From NCBI GenBank assembly GCA_036518915.1, contig DATDME010000098.1:1-52399 (forward strand): DNA of 52,399 nt. Reading direction: 5' to 3'. Below are positions 35,272 to 43,191 of the stretch, piece by piece. Each line of letters opens with the position of its first letter. The first letter of the stretch is position 1. This stretch comes from Candidatus Saccharimonadia bacterium (lineage in GTDB: Bacteria > Patescibacteriota > Saccharimonadia > UBA4664). Under the pieces are notes generated by a model. That model saw only the letters and a program-made list of their open reading frames with translations, was not told the DNA's origin and did no database searches. The position numbers and the translations under genes were made by a program.

Positions 35272-35677
35272 AGCCTATGACGACAACACTGATACGTCTG
35301 ATCCGCTGCTGGTGATTAGCCACTATCGGTTCCCGCAAGACGGCCGTGGGCCGTCGGGATCGGCGCAGGATACCACGGACCGGGATGGTGTTTTGCCTCA
35401 GGTGCCGAACTTCCAGAATGATGAGAGCTATCGGTTATTCATATATGTCAGCGGTTTGGCTTCACCGATCGTGACGACGTATACACCGGATATTGCCAAG
35501 CACGAGAACATCGGGGAACAGGTATACACCATTCCGGTGACGATTCCGGCTAACGCCACGATCACCAAGATTGTGGCCGAGTCGGAGCCGCGCACAAATT
35601 CCGGGATTGATTCTAGCGGTATTCCGTATGACGGCGACGCCGTCCTACCGGTGTGCGCGGCCCTCACGCATTTGTAG
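35171..35677 (+). CDS. Downstream reading frame, probably the C-terminal part of the preceding pilin-like gene
   Basis: The ORF-track start at 35171 overlaps the upstream gene by 101 nt and gives a non-hydrophobic Arg/Pro-rich N-terminus. From 35270 the frame reads KAYDDNTDTSDPLLVISHYRF..., which is protein-like. There is no SD or start just after 35271. Confidence 0.45.
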   Translation: MVTARTGPAPTRRKKPLPAVSVHSWAGIIQVTFKAYDDNTDTSDPLLVISHYRFPQDGRGPSGSAQDTTDRDGVLPQVPNFQNDESYRLFIYVSGLASPIVTTYTPDIAKHENIGEQVYTIPVTIPANATITKIVAESEPRTNSGIDSSGIPYDGDAVLPVCAALTHL

Positions 35678-35716
35678 CTGGCCTGTCTGGCATCATCTGG
35701 ACGCGTAAGGAACGTG

Positions 35717-36664
35717 TTAGCTTGTTTTGTGTTTGCTATAGGAGCTAGGGTGGCTGTGGAAGCGCTCATGCACGCTTTTAAGCTGTGGATCGGTCACGTG
35801 GGTGTAAATTTGCGTGGTTTGGATGTTAGCATGGCCCAGCAGGCCCTGGACGCTGCGTAGGTCGGCGCCGTTATGCAGGAGGTCTGTCGCAAAGCTGTGG
35901 CGCAGGGTGTGCGGCGTGACGTCTTTGATGAGGCCGGCAGCCGTGGCATAGCGTTTGACGAGGCGCTGGACGGAGCGAGGTGTGAGGCGCTGGTACATGC
36001 CGCCCTCGGACTCGTCCTGCGAGCCGGAGTAGTGAATAAACAGCGGCTTGCCGTCGTCGGTGCGGGTGGCCAGGTATTTGCCGAGCCAATCGGCGGCTTG
36101 GGGTGAGATGAAAATGGGGCGGTCCTTTTGGCCCTTGCCGCGGACCATAAATTCGCGGCGCTCGAGGTTAACTTGGGAGCGGTCGAGGCTGACGAGTTCG
36201 CTGACGCGCAGGCCGCCAGAAAACAGCAGTTCAATGACGGCGCGGTCGCGCAGACCGATGGGATTCGTGGTATCAATGGCGCCCAGTAAACGGGCCACTT
36301 CGTCTTGGTCGAGGAAGGTGACTTGGGGCCGGGTGGTTTTGGCGAGCTCAATTTTGGCGGAATCCAGAGCTTTGATGTCGCGCTTGGCGAGGTATTTGAG
36401 GAAGCTGCGCAGCGCGATCAGGTGGTAGTTCTGAGTGGTTTTGGTGAGCTCGTGACCCTGATTATCCTTGATGCGGTTGAGGTGCAGGCGCCACTGGCGG
36501 ACCATTTCGGCGTCGAGCTTGGCGATGTCGCAGTCTTCGGTGAACTCGACCAGGCGCTGGAGGTAGTGATCGTAGTTGGCGATGGTTTTTTGTGAGCGGT
36601 TCTGCTCAATCTCAAGATGTTCGAGGAAGTCGGTGACAAGCTCAGAGAGGAGTAGTTCGGCCAT
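35717..36664 (-). CDS. Tyrosine recombinase, XerC/XerD type
   Basis: MAELLLSELVTDFLEHLEIEQNRSQKTIANY.., with catalytic residues in ..HTLRHSFATDLL.., LLGHANIQTTQIYTH. ATG 36664 is preferred over 36700. Confidence 0.88.
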   Translation of the reverse strand: MAELLLSELVTDFLEHLEIEQNRSQKTIANYDHYLQRLVEFTEDCDIAKLDAEMVRQWRLHLNRIKDNQGHELTKTTQNYHLIALRSFLKYLAKRDIKALDSAKIELAKTTRPQVTFLDQDEVARLLGAIDTTNPIGLRDRAVIELLFSGGLRVSELVSLDRSQVNLERREFMVRGKGQKDRPIFISPQAADWLGKYLATRTDDGKPLFIHYSGSQDESEGGMYQRLTPRSVQRLVKRYATAAGLIKDVTPHTLRHSFATDLLHNGADLRSVQGLLGHANIQTTQIYTHVTDPQLKSVHERFHSHPSSYSKHKTS

Positions 36665-36730
36665 AACGTTAGATAAATCCTTATGGTGTAATGGTATCAT
36701 GATGGGCTCCGGGCCTGATACAATGCCGGT

Positions 36731-38671
36731 ATGAAGGCAGTTGAGGGTGTGGCGGTGCGGCCGATAATTTTGGGCATGTGGGTGGCGTGCCTGGCTGTGG
36801 CCATGGCGCCCTGGTTGACGGGCGGCCGCGAACCGCTGGCCTGGGTCTTAAGCGGTTTTGCGCTGCTGCTGGGAGCCCTCCTGGCCTGGCGGCAGGCGGC
36901 GGTAGCTGTGCTGCCCCGGGGAGTTGTGGTCTGGAGCTACGCTGGGTTGATGCTGTGGGCGCTGGCTAGCGGGCTGTGGTCGGCTAACCGGTACTCGACG
37001 GCGGTGTGGGTGGTAATGTGGGGCCTGGCTGGTCTCGCTTTCCGGCTGAGTTACGTTGTAAGCGCCAGCGAGGCGGGGCGGCGCTGGCTGCTGCGGGCGT
37101 ACTTGGGTTTAGCGGTGGTGTTCGCGGTCGTGGGTATTGGTATGTACCTGTTTGGTGATTATGAGCGGCTGGTTGGCTCCATCTATTGGCCGAACCCGGC
37201 AGCAGCGTACATGATGCCGGCGGTGTTGGTGGCGCTGGCCGGTTGGTTGCGGGCGGAGCGGCGCTGGGATTTAGCGCGGTGGGGTGCGGTTTTGGGGCTG
37301 TGCGGGGCAGCGTTTTACCTGACTGGCTCACGGGCCGCGATGCTAGTTTTAGGCTTGGTAACGGCGATATTTCTAGTGGTGAGTAACCATGTCAAACACT
37401 TCTGGATAAAAATATTGTTCAGCGTGGTGATCGTTACGGCGTTGAGTACAGGATTAGTTTGGTCGGGCAACCGCTTGGGTCATCATCACGCTGGGGGCAC
37501 ATTTGGCAGCCGGGTGGGTGAGTTGGCATCGGGCAAGGCACAGAGCGGCCGGGATCGGCTCAGGTACGTGGAGAGCGCGGTGGCTATCTGGCTAGCCCAG
37601 CCGATCTTGGGTAGTGGAGCCGGGACCTACGGCGATGTCCATCCGCAATACCAGCAAACCGTGGTGAGCGCCTCGACTGACGTGCATAACCTGTATGTGC
37701 AGACGCTGGCGGAACTGGGCCTGCCGGGCTTGGTGTGCCAGCTGGCGTTGGTGGTGGGCTTGCTCTGGGGCATGGTGCAGGGTTTATCGTGGCGGCCCGA
37801 GCTGGTGCCGGTGGGTTGCGGGGTGGTGGGCTTGCTCTGGCACTTTGGTCTTGATATTGATGCCCGGTATCCGGCCCTGTTGTGCCTGCTGGCAGTGCTA
37901 GCGGGCATGGTGGTGGTGCCGCGGCGGGCGGGGGCGGTGCGGCCGGCGGGCTGGCGCTGGCCGGCGCTGGCGGCTGGGCTGCTGGTGCCGGTGGTGCTGC
38001 TGTACCAATCCGAGGTGGCTGCGGAGCGGGGCAGGGCAGCCCAGCGTGATGAAGACTACGCGGCTGCGGCAAATTGGTTCGACCAGGCTGGCGCGAATGG
38101 GCTGGCCAATCCCGATTGGGTTTCCGCAGCCGGGCTGAATGAGCTGGCGGTGGCGGTGCAGGCGGCGGGCCAGCCGGACGCGCAGGCCGCGGCTTATCAG
38201 TTGGCGTTGGATGATGCGCGTCGGGCCCAGCAAGCCGATCCGCACGACGCCCAGCATTGGCAATTGCTCGGTCGGGTGTTGGTACAGCGGGGCAAGCCGG
38301 GGGACCTGCCGGCGGCGGAGCGGGCCTTGCGCCGGGCGTTACAGCTGGATGGTTTAAACCACCCCGAGTACGCGCTGGATTTGGCGCGCTTGCAGGTGGC
38401 TCAGCGCCAGCCGGAGGCGGCCCGGGCTACGGCTGAGCGGATGTTGGGGCTGTATCCGCCGGCGGTCGTGTCGAACCGGTACGCGGATCCCCAACTACTT
38501 CATCACCTGGCGGAGTTGGCGGCGCTGGTGGGAAACCTTGATTTGCAGGCTGGCGCAGTGCCGGCGGCGGAACGCCAGGCGCAGGCGGCTTTGAATTGGG
38601 AGAAGCCAAACCTGGCCGGCCGGGCGCTTATGCACCAAGTACAGCAGTTAAAGGCGGCGGATTCTCAGTAA
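36731..38671 (+). CDS. O-antigen-ligase-like (Wzy_C) membrane protein with a C-terminal TPR-like domain
   Basis: 646 aa and about 10+ TM. Periplasmic loop with GSGAGTYGDVHP..HNLYVQTLAELGLPGL. The C-terminal 230 aa are Ala/Leu/Gln-rich helical repeats. Confidence 0.75.
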   Translation: MKAVEGVAVRPIILGMWVACLAVAMAPWLTGGREPLAWVLSGFALLLGALLAWRQAAVAVLPRGVVVWSYAGLMLWALASGLWSANRYSTAVWVVMWGLAGLAFRLSYVVSASEAGRRWLLRAYLGLAVVFAVVGIGMYLFGDYERLVGSIYWPNPAAAYMMPAVLVALAGWLRAERRWDLARWGAVLGLCGAAFYLTGSRAAMLVLGLVTAIFLVVSNHVKHFWIKILFSVVIVTALSTGLVWSGNRLGHHHAGGTFGSRVGELASGKAQSGRDRLRYVESAVAIWLAQPILGSGAGTYGDVHPQYQQTVVSASTDVHNLYVQTLAELGLPGLVCQLALVVGLLWGMVQGLSWRPELVPVGCGVVGLLWHFGLDIDARYPALLCLLAVLAGMVVVPRRAGAVRPAGWRWPALAAGLLVPVVLLYQSEVAAERGRAAQRDEDYAAAANWFDQAGANGLANPDWVSAAGLNELAVAVQAAGQPDAQAAAYQLALDDARRAQQADPHDAQHWQLLGRVLVQRGKPGDLPAAERALRRALQLDGLNHPEYALDLARLQVAQRQPEAARATAERMLGLYPPAVVSNRYADPQLLHHLAELAALVGNLDLQAGAVPAAERQAQAALNWEKPNLAGRALMHQVQQLKAADSQ

Positions 38672-38710
38672 AGCATAGCGCGGTGGCGTGCACGCCAGTA
38701 TAATGTGGTT

Positions 38711-39496
38711 ATGCAGCTACTTCAAGCAATTCTGCTCGGTCTTACCCAGGGGCTGACGGAGTTCATTCCAGTATCATCGTCTGGGCATTTAATTTTGGTC
38801 GGGCATTTTCTGCATTTCCAATACACGGGACTGGCGTTTGATACGGCGCTTGATATTGGAACTTTGCTGGCACTATATCTGTTTTTTGTGCGGGATTTTT
38901 GGAATTTGGCACATGATTTTGTGATGGGCGGTCCACAGCGGAAATTGGCAACATATATCTTAATTGCGACGGTGCCGGCTGTGGTGGCGGGTGTGCTCAT
39001 GCAAACGGCGGCCGAAACAGTGTTCCGTGATGCCCGGCTCGTAGCCATTAACTTGATTTGGGTGGGCATGGTGATGTATCTGGTGGACCGGTACTTTCGG
39101 CGTGACCGTGGGTTAGACCAGGTAACGTTGCCGCGCGCCTTGACGGTAGGAGTGGCGCAGGCGGTGGCGTTGGTGCCCGGGGTATCGCGGTCGGGCATTA
39201 CCATTACGGCTAGCCGGGCGCTGGGTTTTGACCGCGTGACCGCCACCCGGTTCTCATTCTTGCTATCGGCGCCGGTGATTACCGGGGCGACGCTCAAGGT
39301 ATTGCTGACGCATGGCCACCTGCATGAGATGCTCAGTATTCCGTGGCTGTACGGCACGGGCATCTTGGCGGCGTTTGTGAGTGGCTACTTGGCGATTAAA
39401 TTCCTCATTGCGTACTTGTCGCGGCATGGCTTGGCGGTGTTTGCGGTGTACCGCATTGTGGTGGGTACGGTGATCCTACTGGTGGGCCTCCGGTAA
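38711..39496 (+). CDS. uppP: Undecaprenyl-diphosphate phosphatase
   Basis: LQAILLGLTQGLTEFIPVSSSGHL and GVSRSGITI motifs. Confidence 0.93.
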   Translation: MQLLQAILLGLTQGLTEFIPVSSSGHLILVGHFLHFQYTGLAFDTALDIGTLLALYLFFVRDFWNLAHDFVMGGPQRKLATYILIATVPAVVAGVLMQTAAETVFRDARLVAINLIWVGMVMYLVDRYFRRDRGLDQVTLPRALTVGVAQAVALVPGVSRSGITITASRALGFDRVTATRFSFLLSAPVITGATLKVLLTHGHLHEMLSIPWLYGTGILAAFVSGYLAIKFLIAYLSRHGLAVFAVYRIVVGTVILLVGLR

Positions 39497-40110
39497 TGAG
39501 CATTAGTGCGGTAGCCTTAAATGTGGTGAGCGTGCTGGGAGTGTGGGGGATTGGGCTCGGCGTGTTCCTCAACGGGCTCGGTGTACCGGGGATTTCGGAA
39601 GTGATGTTGCCGTTGGGCGGTGTGGGTGTCGCGCAGGGCCGGATTGGCCTGTGGTGGTTATTGCTGGTCGCGATGGTGGCGCAACTCGTTGGTGTGTCGG
39701 CGGCTTACTGGCTGGCTCGAACTGGCGGCATTGAGCTCATTGAGCGGTATGGTCGGTATGTGCTTATTTCACGGCGGGAGCTGGATGCGGCGCAACGCTC
39801 GTTTGATAAATATGGCAGCCCGCTCGTGATTTTCGGTGCTTTTATACCAGGGATTCAGGGCTTCATTGGGTATATCGCGGGGGTCGCTCGGATGAACTTT
39901 GGGCGGTTTTTGGTCTCGGTGTTCATCGGTAAGCTGGTCTGGATCGGTGGCTTGGTCTATCTGGGCAGCATCGTGGGCGACCATCTCGACCTGATAGACC
40001 GCAGCATAAAACAGATTGGTGTGATAGTATTGGCGGCGGTGGTACTTCTAGCAATATGGTACGTGCGCCGGCACCGGCGTACACGCCGGGGAGAATTGAT
40101 TGAAGATTAG
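39496..40110 (+). CDS. DedA/SNARE-associated family membrane protein
   Basis: 204 aa. Typical DedA layout (..GLGVPGISEVMLPLGG.., ..KYGSPLVIFGAFIPGIQGFIGYIAGV..). TAATG overlap with uppP. Confidence 0.8.
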   Translation: MSISAVALNVVSVLGVWGIGLGVFLNGLGVPGISEVMLPLGGVGVAQGRIGLWWLLLVAMVAQLVGVSAAYWLARTGGIELIERYGRYVLISRRELDAAQRSFDKYGSPLVIFGAFIPGIQGFIGYIAGVARMNFGRFLVSVFIGKLVWIGGLVYLGSIVGDHLDLIDRSIKQIGVIVLAAVVLLAIWYVRRHRRTRRGELIED

Positions 40111-41386
40111 GACAACTAAGCTAGCTAACGGTCTGCGGGTGGTAACGGCCCACATCGCGGACGCCCGCAGCGTGACAGTGAATATTGCCGTAGGCACGGG
40201 CTCGCGGTTTGAACAATACGACACGAACGGTGGGGTGTCGCATTTTTTAGAGCACTTGCTGTTTAAGGGCACCAAGAAATATCCGACGGCCCAAGATATT
40301 GCCGAAGCGGTTGACGCCGTGGGTGGGTACAATAACGCCTACACTGGCGAAGACATCACGTCTTTTTACATTAAAGTGCCGGCCCGGCACGGTGAGCTGG
40401 CGGTGGATATTTTGTGCGATATGGTACGCCACCCGGTGCTTGATGCTGAAGAAATTAACCGGGAGCGAGGCGTGATTGTGGAGGAAATGAACGTTTTCCG
40501 GGATGATCCGCCGCGGTTTATTGGGACGCTCATTCCGGCGCTGATGTTCCCGGACCATCCGCTGGGGCGTGATATCATCGGCTCCGAGAAGGTGATAGAA
40601 CAGATTCCCCGCCAGGCCATCGCCGATTACATGCGGCAGCACTACCGGCCAAACAATATGGTGGTGGCGCTGGCGGGGGCGGTTGACCACGACCAGATTG
40701 TGGCGCAGGTGCAGGCGGCGCTGGGTGGCCTGGAGCGCGCGGAACTGCCGCACTTGGTGCCGGTACCAGCGGCCGCTGGACCCAAGCGCAGCATTGCGTT
40801 CCGCAAGGAGACGGCCCAGGCTCACTTTATGGTGGCGGCCCGGGCTTATGCCTATGAGCACGAGGATGAGCCGGCGGCGCGGGTGGCGGCGGCCATTTTA
40901 GGGCGCGGCATGAGCTCGCGGCTGTTTTTGAACGTGCGCGAACGGCAGGGCTTAGCGTACAATGTGTTCGCCGAAACTAACAGCTATGTTGACGCCGGAC
41001 TGTTTGAGGCTTACGCTGGCGTAACGATCGAGAAGACCAAACAGGCGTTGGAGTCGGTGCTGCATGAGCTGGAATTAATCCGCCAAGAACCAGTGGGCTA
41101 TGCCGAGCTCGATAAGGCCAAGCAGCAATTGATTGCCGGGTTGGAGATGAGTCTGGAGAGCAATTCCAACGTGGCGGATCGGCTGGGGGCCCAAATGGTG
41201 CTGCTCGGTAAAACCAAGACGGTGGATGAGTCCATCGCCGAGGTGGAGGCGGTGACAGCAGCTGATATTCAGCGTGTGTGCCGGGCGATGCTGGCGCCGC
41301 AAAACTTGCGGTTTGCCATTATCGCGCCGGAGCCGCAAGCGGCGGCCGAACATTTTGAATCATTAGTAAGCGTTAAGGAGACGTAA
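40100..41386 (+). CDS. M16-family zinc peptidase (pitrilysin/insulinase-like)
   Basis: 428 aa. HFLEHLLFKGT (HxxEH) motif. TTG start with SD ggag. Confidence 0.9.
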   Translation: MKIRTTKLANGLRVVTAHIADARSVTVNIAVGTGSRFEQYDTNGGVSHFLEHLLFKGTKKYPTAQDIAEAVDAVGGYNNAYTGEDITSFYIKVPARHGELAVDILCDMVRHPVLDAEEINRERGVIVEEMNVFRDDPPRFIGTLIPALMFPDHPLGRDIIGSEKVIEQIPRQAIADYMRQHYRPNNMVVALAGAVDHDQIVAQVQAALGGLERAELPHLVPVPAAAGPKRSIAFRKETAQAHFMVAARAYAYEHEDEPAARVAAAILGRGMSSRLFLNVRERQGLAYNVFAETNSYVDAGLFEAYAGVTIEKTKQALESVLHELELIRQEPVGYAELDKAKQQLIAGLEMSLESNSNVADRLGAQMVLLGKTKTVDESIAEVEAVTAADIQRVCRAMLAPQNLRFAIIAPEPQAAAEHFESLVSVKET

Positions 41387-42013
41387 ATGGAAGGAAATGA
41401 CAAGCGCTTAGCTGAGCTACGGCACGAACGGAGCCTGGTGCTTATCAAGCCGGACGCGGTGGCGCGCCACTTGGTGGGTGAAATTTTAAACCGGTTCGAG
41501 CGCAAGGGCTTGAAGATCGCTGCGCTCAAGCTGGTGTGGCCCACGCTCGAAATGGCGGGTGAACACTATGAGCTGACCGAAGAGTGGCTGAAGTCATCGG
41601 GCGAGCGCACGTACAAGGGTTACCTTGATAAAGGCCTGGAGCCGCCGGCTGAGCCGCGCGAGCTGGCCATGAACACCCGTCGCAAGCTGATGGATGCTCT
41701 GACCGCCGGCCCGGTGGTGGCCATGGTGCTGGAAGGCGCCCACGTCATTGAAGTGGTGCGCAAGATGCGCGGTAACACCAGCCCGCTGTTTGCCGAGGTG
41801 GGCACCATTGGTTTTGATTACTCGCTGGAGTCATACGAGCTGAGTGACGCCGGTGACTGGGCGATTAAGAACATCATTCACGGCTCCGATAGCCCTGAGT
41901 CCGCGGCCCGCGAGATGAACATTTGGTTCCGGCCCGAGGACATCGTGGAGTACGAAACAATCGTCACCGAGATGGCGTACAAGAAAGACTGGACGCCGAA
42001 GAAGCGCGGTTAG
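41387..42013 (+). CDS. ndk: Nucleoside-diphosphate kinase, long form with insertions
   Basis: 208 aa. RSLVLIKPDAV, GPVVAMVLEG and active-site NIIHGSD. Extra segments lie after EHYEL and before the His loop. SD aaggag. Confidence 0.85.
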   Translation: MEGNDKRLAELRHERSLVLIKPDAVARHLVGEILNRFERKGLKIAALKLVWPTLEMAGEHYELTEEWLKSSGERTYKGYLDKGLEPPAEPRELAMNTRRKLMDALTAGPVVAMVLEGAHVIEVVRKMRGNTSPLFAEVGTIGFDYSLESYELSDAGDWAIKNIIHGSDSPESAAREMNIWFRPEDIVEYETIVTEMAYKKDWTPKKRG

Positions 42014-42306
42014 CCTTTAATAATTGCTGCTCGGCTGGGAACGAGTTGTCGGGTGGCGGGACGCGCAGGTTGGTCGTCGGCGGCGCCCTCGTCGTCGGCG
42101 GCGAATTCGTTGGAGCGCAGGAGCTCAAGTGCTTCGGCGACCTTGCGGGGCCGGCCCGATGCCCAGAGCGGGCAGAGGTTGTGGCGCCTGACGAAGGTCT
42201 GCATGTGATTGAGGGTGAAGATCTCGATCCAGTCTGCGCCGGGTGGCAGGGCATTCACTTTGCGGGTCTGTTCTGCGACGGCTGCTTTCGTGTCAAGGAT
42301 CAGCAT
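42010..42306 (-). CDS. Hypothetical 98-aa protein next to tRNA-Arg
   Basis: MLILDTKAAVAEQTRKVNALPPGADWIEIFTLNHMQTFVRRHNLCPLW.. with an acidic, Ala-rich C-terminus. No motif recognised. Overlaps the ndk stop by 4 nt, tail to tail. Confidence 0.4.
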   Translation of the reverse strand: MLILDTKAAVAEQTRKVNALPPGADWIEIFTLNHMQTFVRRHNLCPLWASGRPRKVAEALELLRSNEFAADDEGAADDQPARPATRQLVPSRAAIIKG

Positions 42307-42352
42307 AACGTGTGATATGCCACGCTGTGCCGTTAAGGTAAAGATAATTCCT

Positions 42353-42428
42353 TGGTGCCCCGGGTAGGAATCGAACCTACGACGCCCTCCTTAGGACGGA
42401 GGCGCTCTATCCGCTGAGCTACCGGGGC
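42353..42428 (-). tRNA. tRNA-Arg (anticodon CCT)
   Basis: Cloverleaf GCCCCGG/TA/GCTC..GAGC/CCTCC-gtCCTaa-GGAGG/GTAGG-TTCGATT-CCTAC/CCGGGGC-A-CCA. CCA is encoded. Confidence 0.93.
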
Positions 42429-42572
42429 GGATGGTAGCCTGGCAAGGTCTGATTATACACGGAAATCGGTGTGGGTGGGGGTAGGCGGCGTGAGTGTCGG
42501 CGATTTTTGAGACAAATTCTCAAAAATTTCCGGCGCTGCGGGGAATGGAGACGCGGATGATACAATCAGAGC

Positions 42573-43148
42573 ATGAGCGGTAAACAGCAGCCACAGCAGC
42601 CTAGGCCGGCGCGGCCGGAAGATAAAGAATTTCCTGGCCAGCATGAGGGTGAGACGGTGCAGTTTTTGTTTCGGCAGCACCCGCTCGTGATGCGCAAGGC
42701 ACTGATGCTGGGCCTGCTGGTGATTACGGTGGGGGTGCTGCCGCTCGATTTTGCCTTTGTATACACGATGCCAGTGCTGCAGGAGTGGCTGACCCGCATT
42801 GCTCTGACCCTGCCTCTGGTTGTGCTCGTGGCCTGGGTGTACCGCTGGGTAGGCTGGTATTACACTGTGTTTATCGTGACGACAGAGCGCCTGGTGACCA
42901 TCAAGCAGCACGGGTTGTTTGCTCGTGAGGTGGAGGAGTGGCAGCTTGATGGCATTACGAACGTTAATTACCGGATTGGTGGTTTTCAAGCGGTGCTGTT
43001 TGGCTATGGCGACATTAGCGCGAAGACATATGTGGGCGACCTTAAGCTGCCCACTATTCACGAACCAGCCAAAATTCACGACAAATTGCTGGTGGCAGTG
43101 CGGAAAGCTGGCGGCGCCGGCTCGACACCGCCACCCAGTTTAGGTTAG
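42573..43148 (+). CDS. Membrane protein with a bacterial PH (YdbS/YdbT-like) domain
   Basis: 191 aa. Two TM followed by ..FIVTTERLVTIKQHGLFAREVEEWQLDGITNVNYRIGGFQAVLFGYGDI.., typical of bPH2 domains. Confidence 0.6.
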   Translation: MSGKQQPQQPRPARPEDKEFPGQHEGETVQFLFRQHPLVMRKALMLGLLVITVGVLPLDFAFVYTMPVLQEWLTRIALTLPLVVLVAWVYRWVGWYYTVFIVTTERLVTIKQHGLFAREVEEWQLDGITNVNYRIGGFQAVLFGYGDISAKTYVGDLKLPTIHEPAKIHDKLLVAVRKAGGAGSTPPPSLG

Positions 43149-43191
43149 GATAGTCCCATATAACGTTTTAGTTGCGTGAGAGGAGTAGGCG

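Noticed and set aside
35717-36664. Tyrosine recombinase considered as the integrase of a mobile element adjoining the pilus locus.
   Set aside because: Its length, N-terminal SAM-like domain and RHRY motifs fit housekeeping XerC/D. No flanking direct repeats, adjacent tRNA or phage/plasmid genes are present, and the flanking composition looks native.
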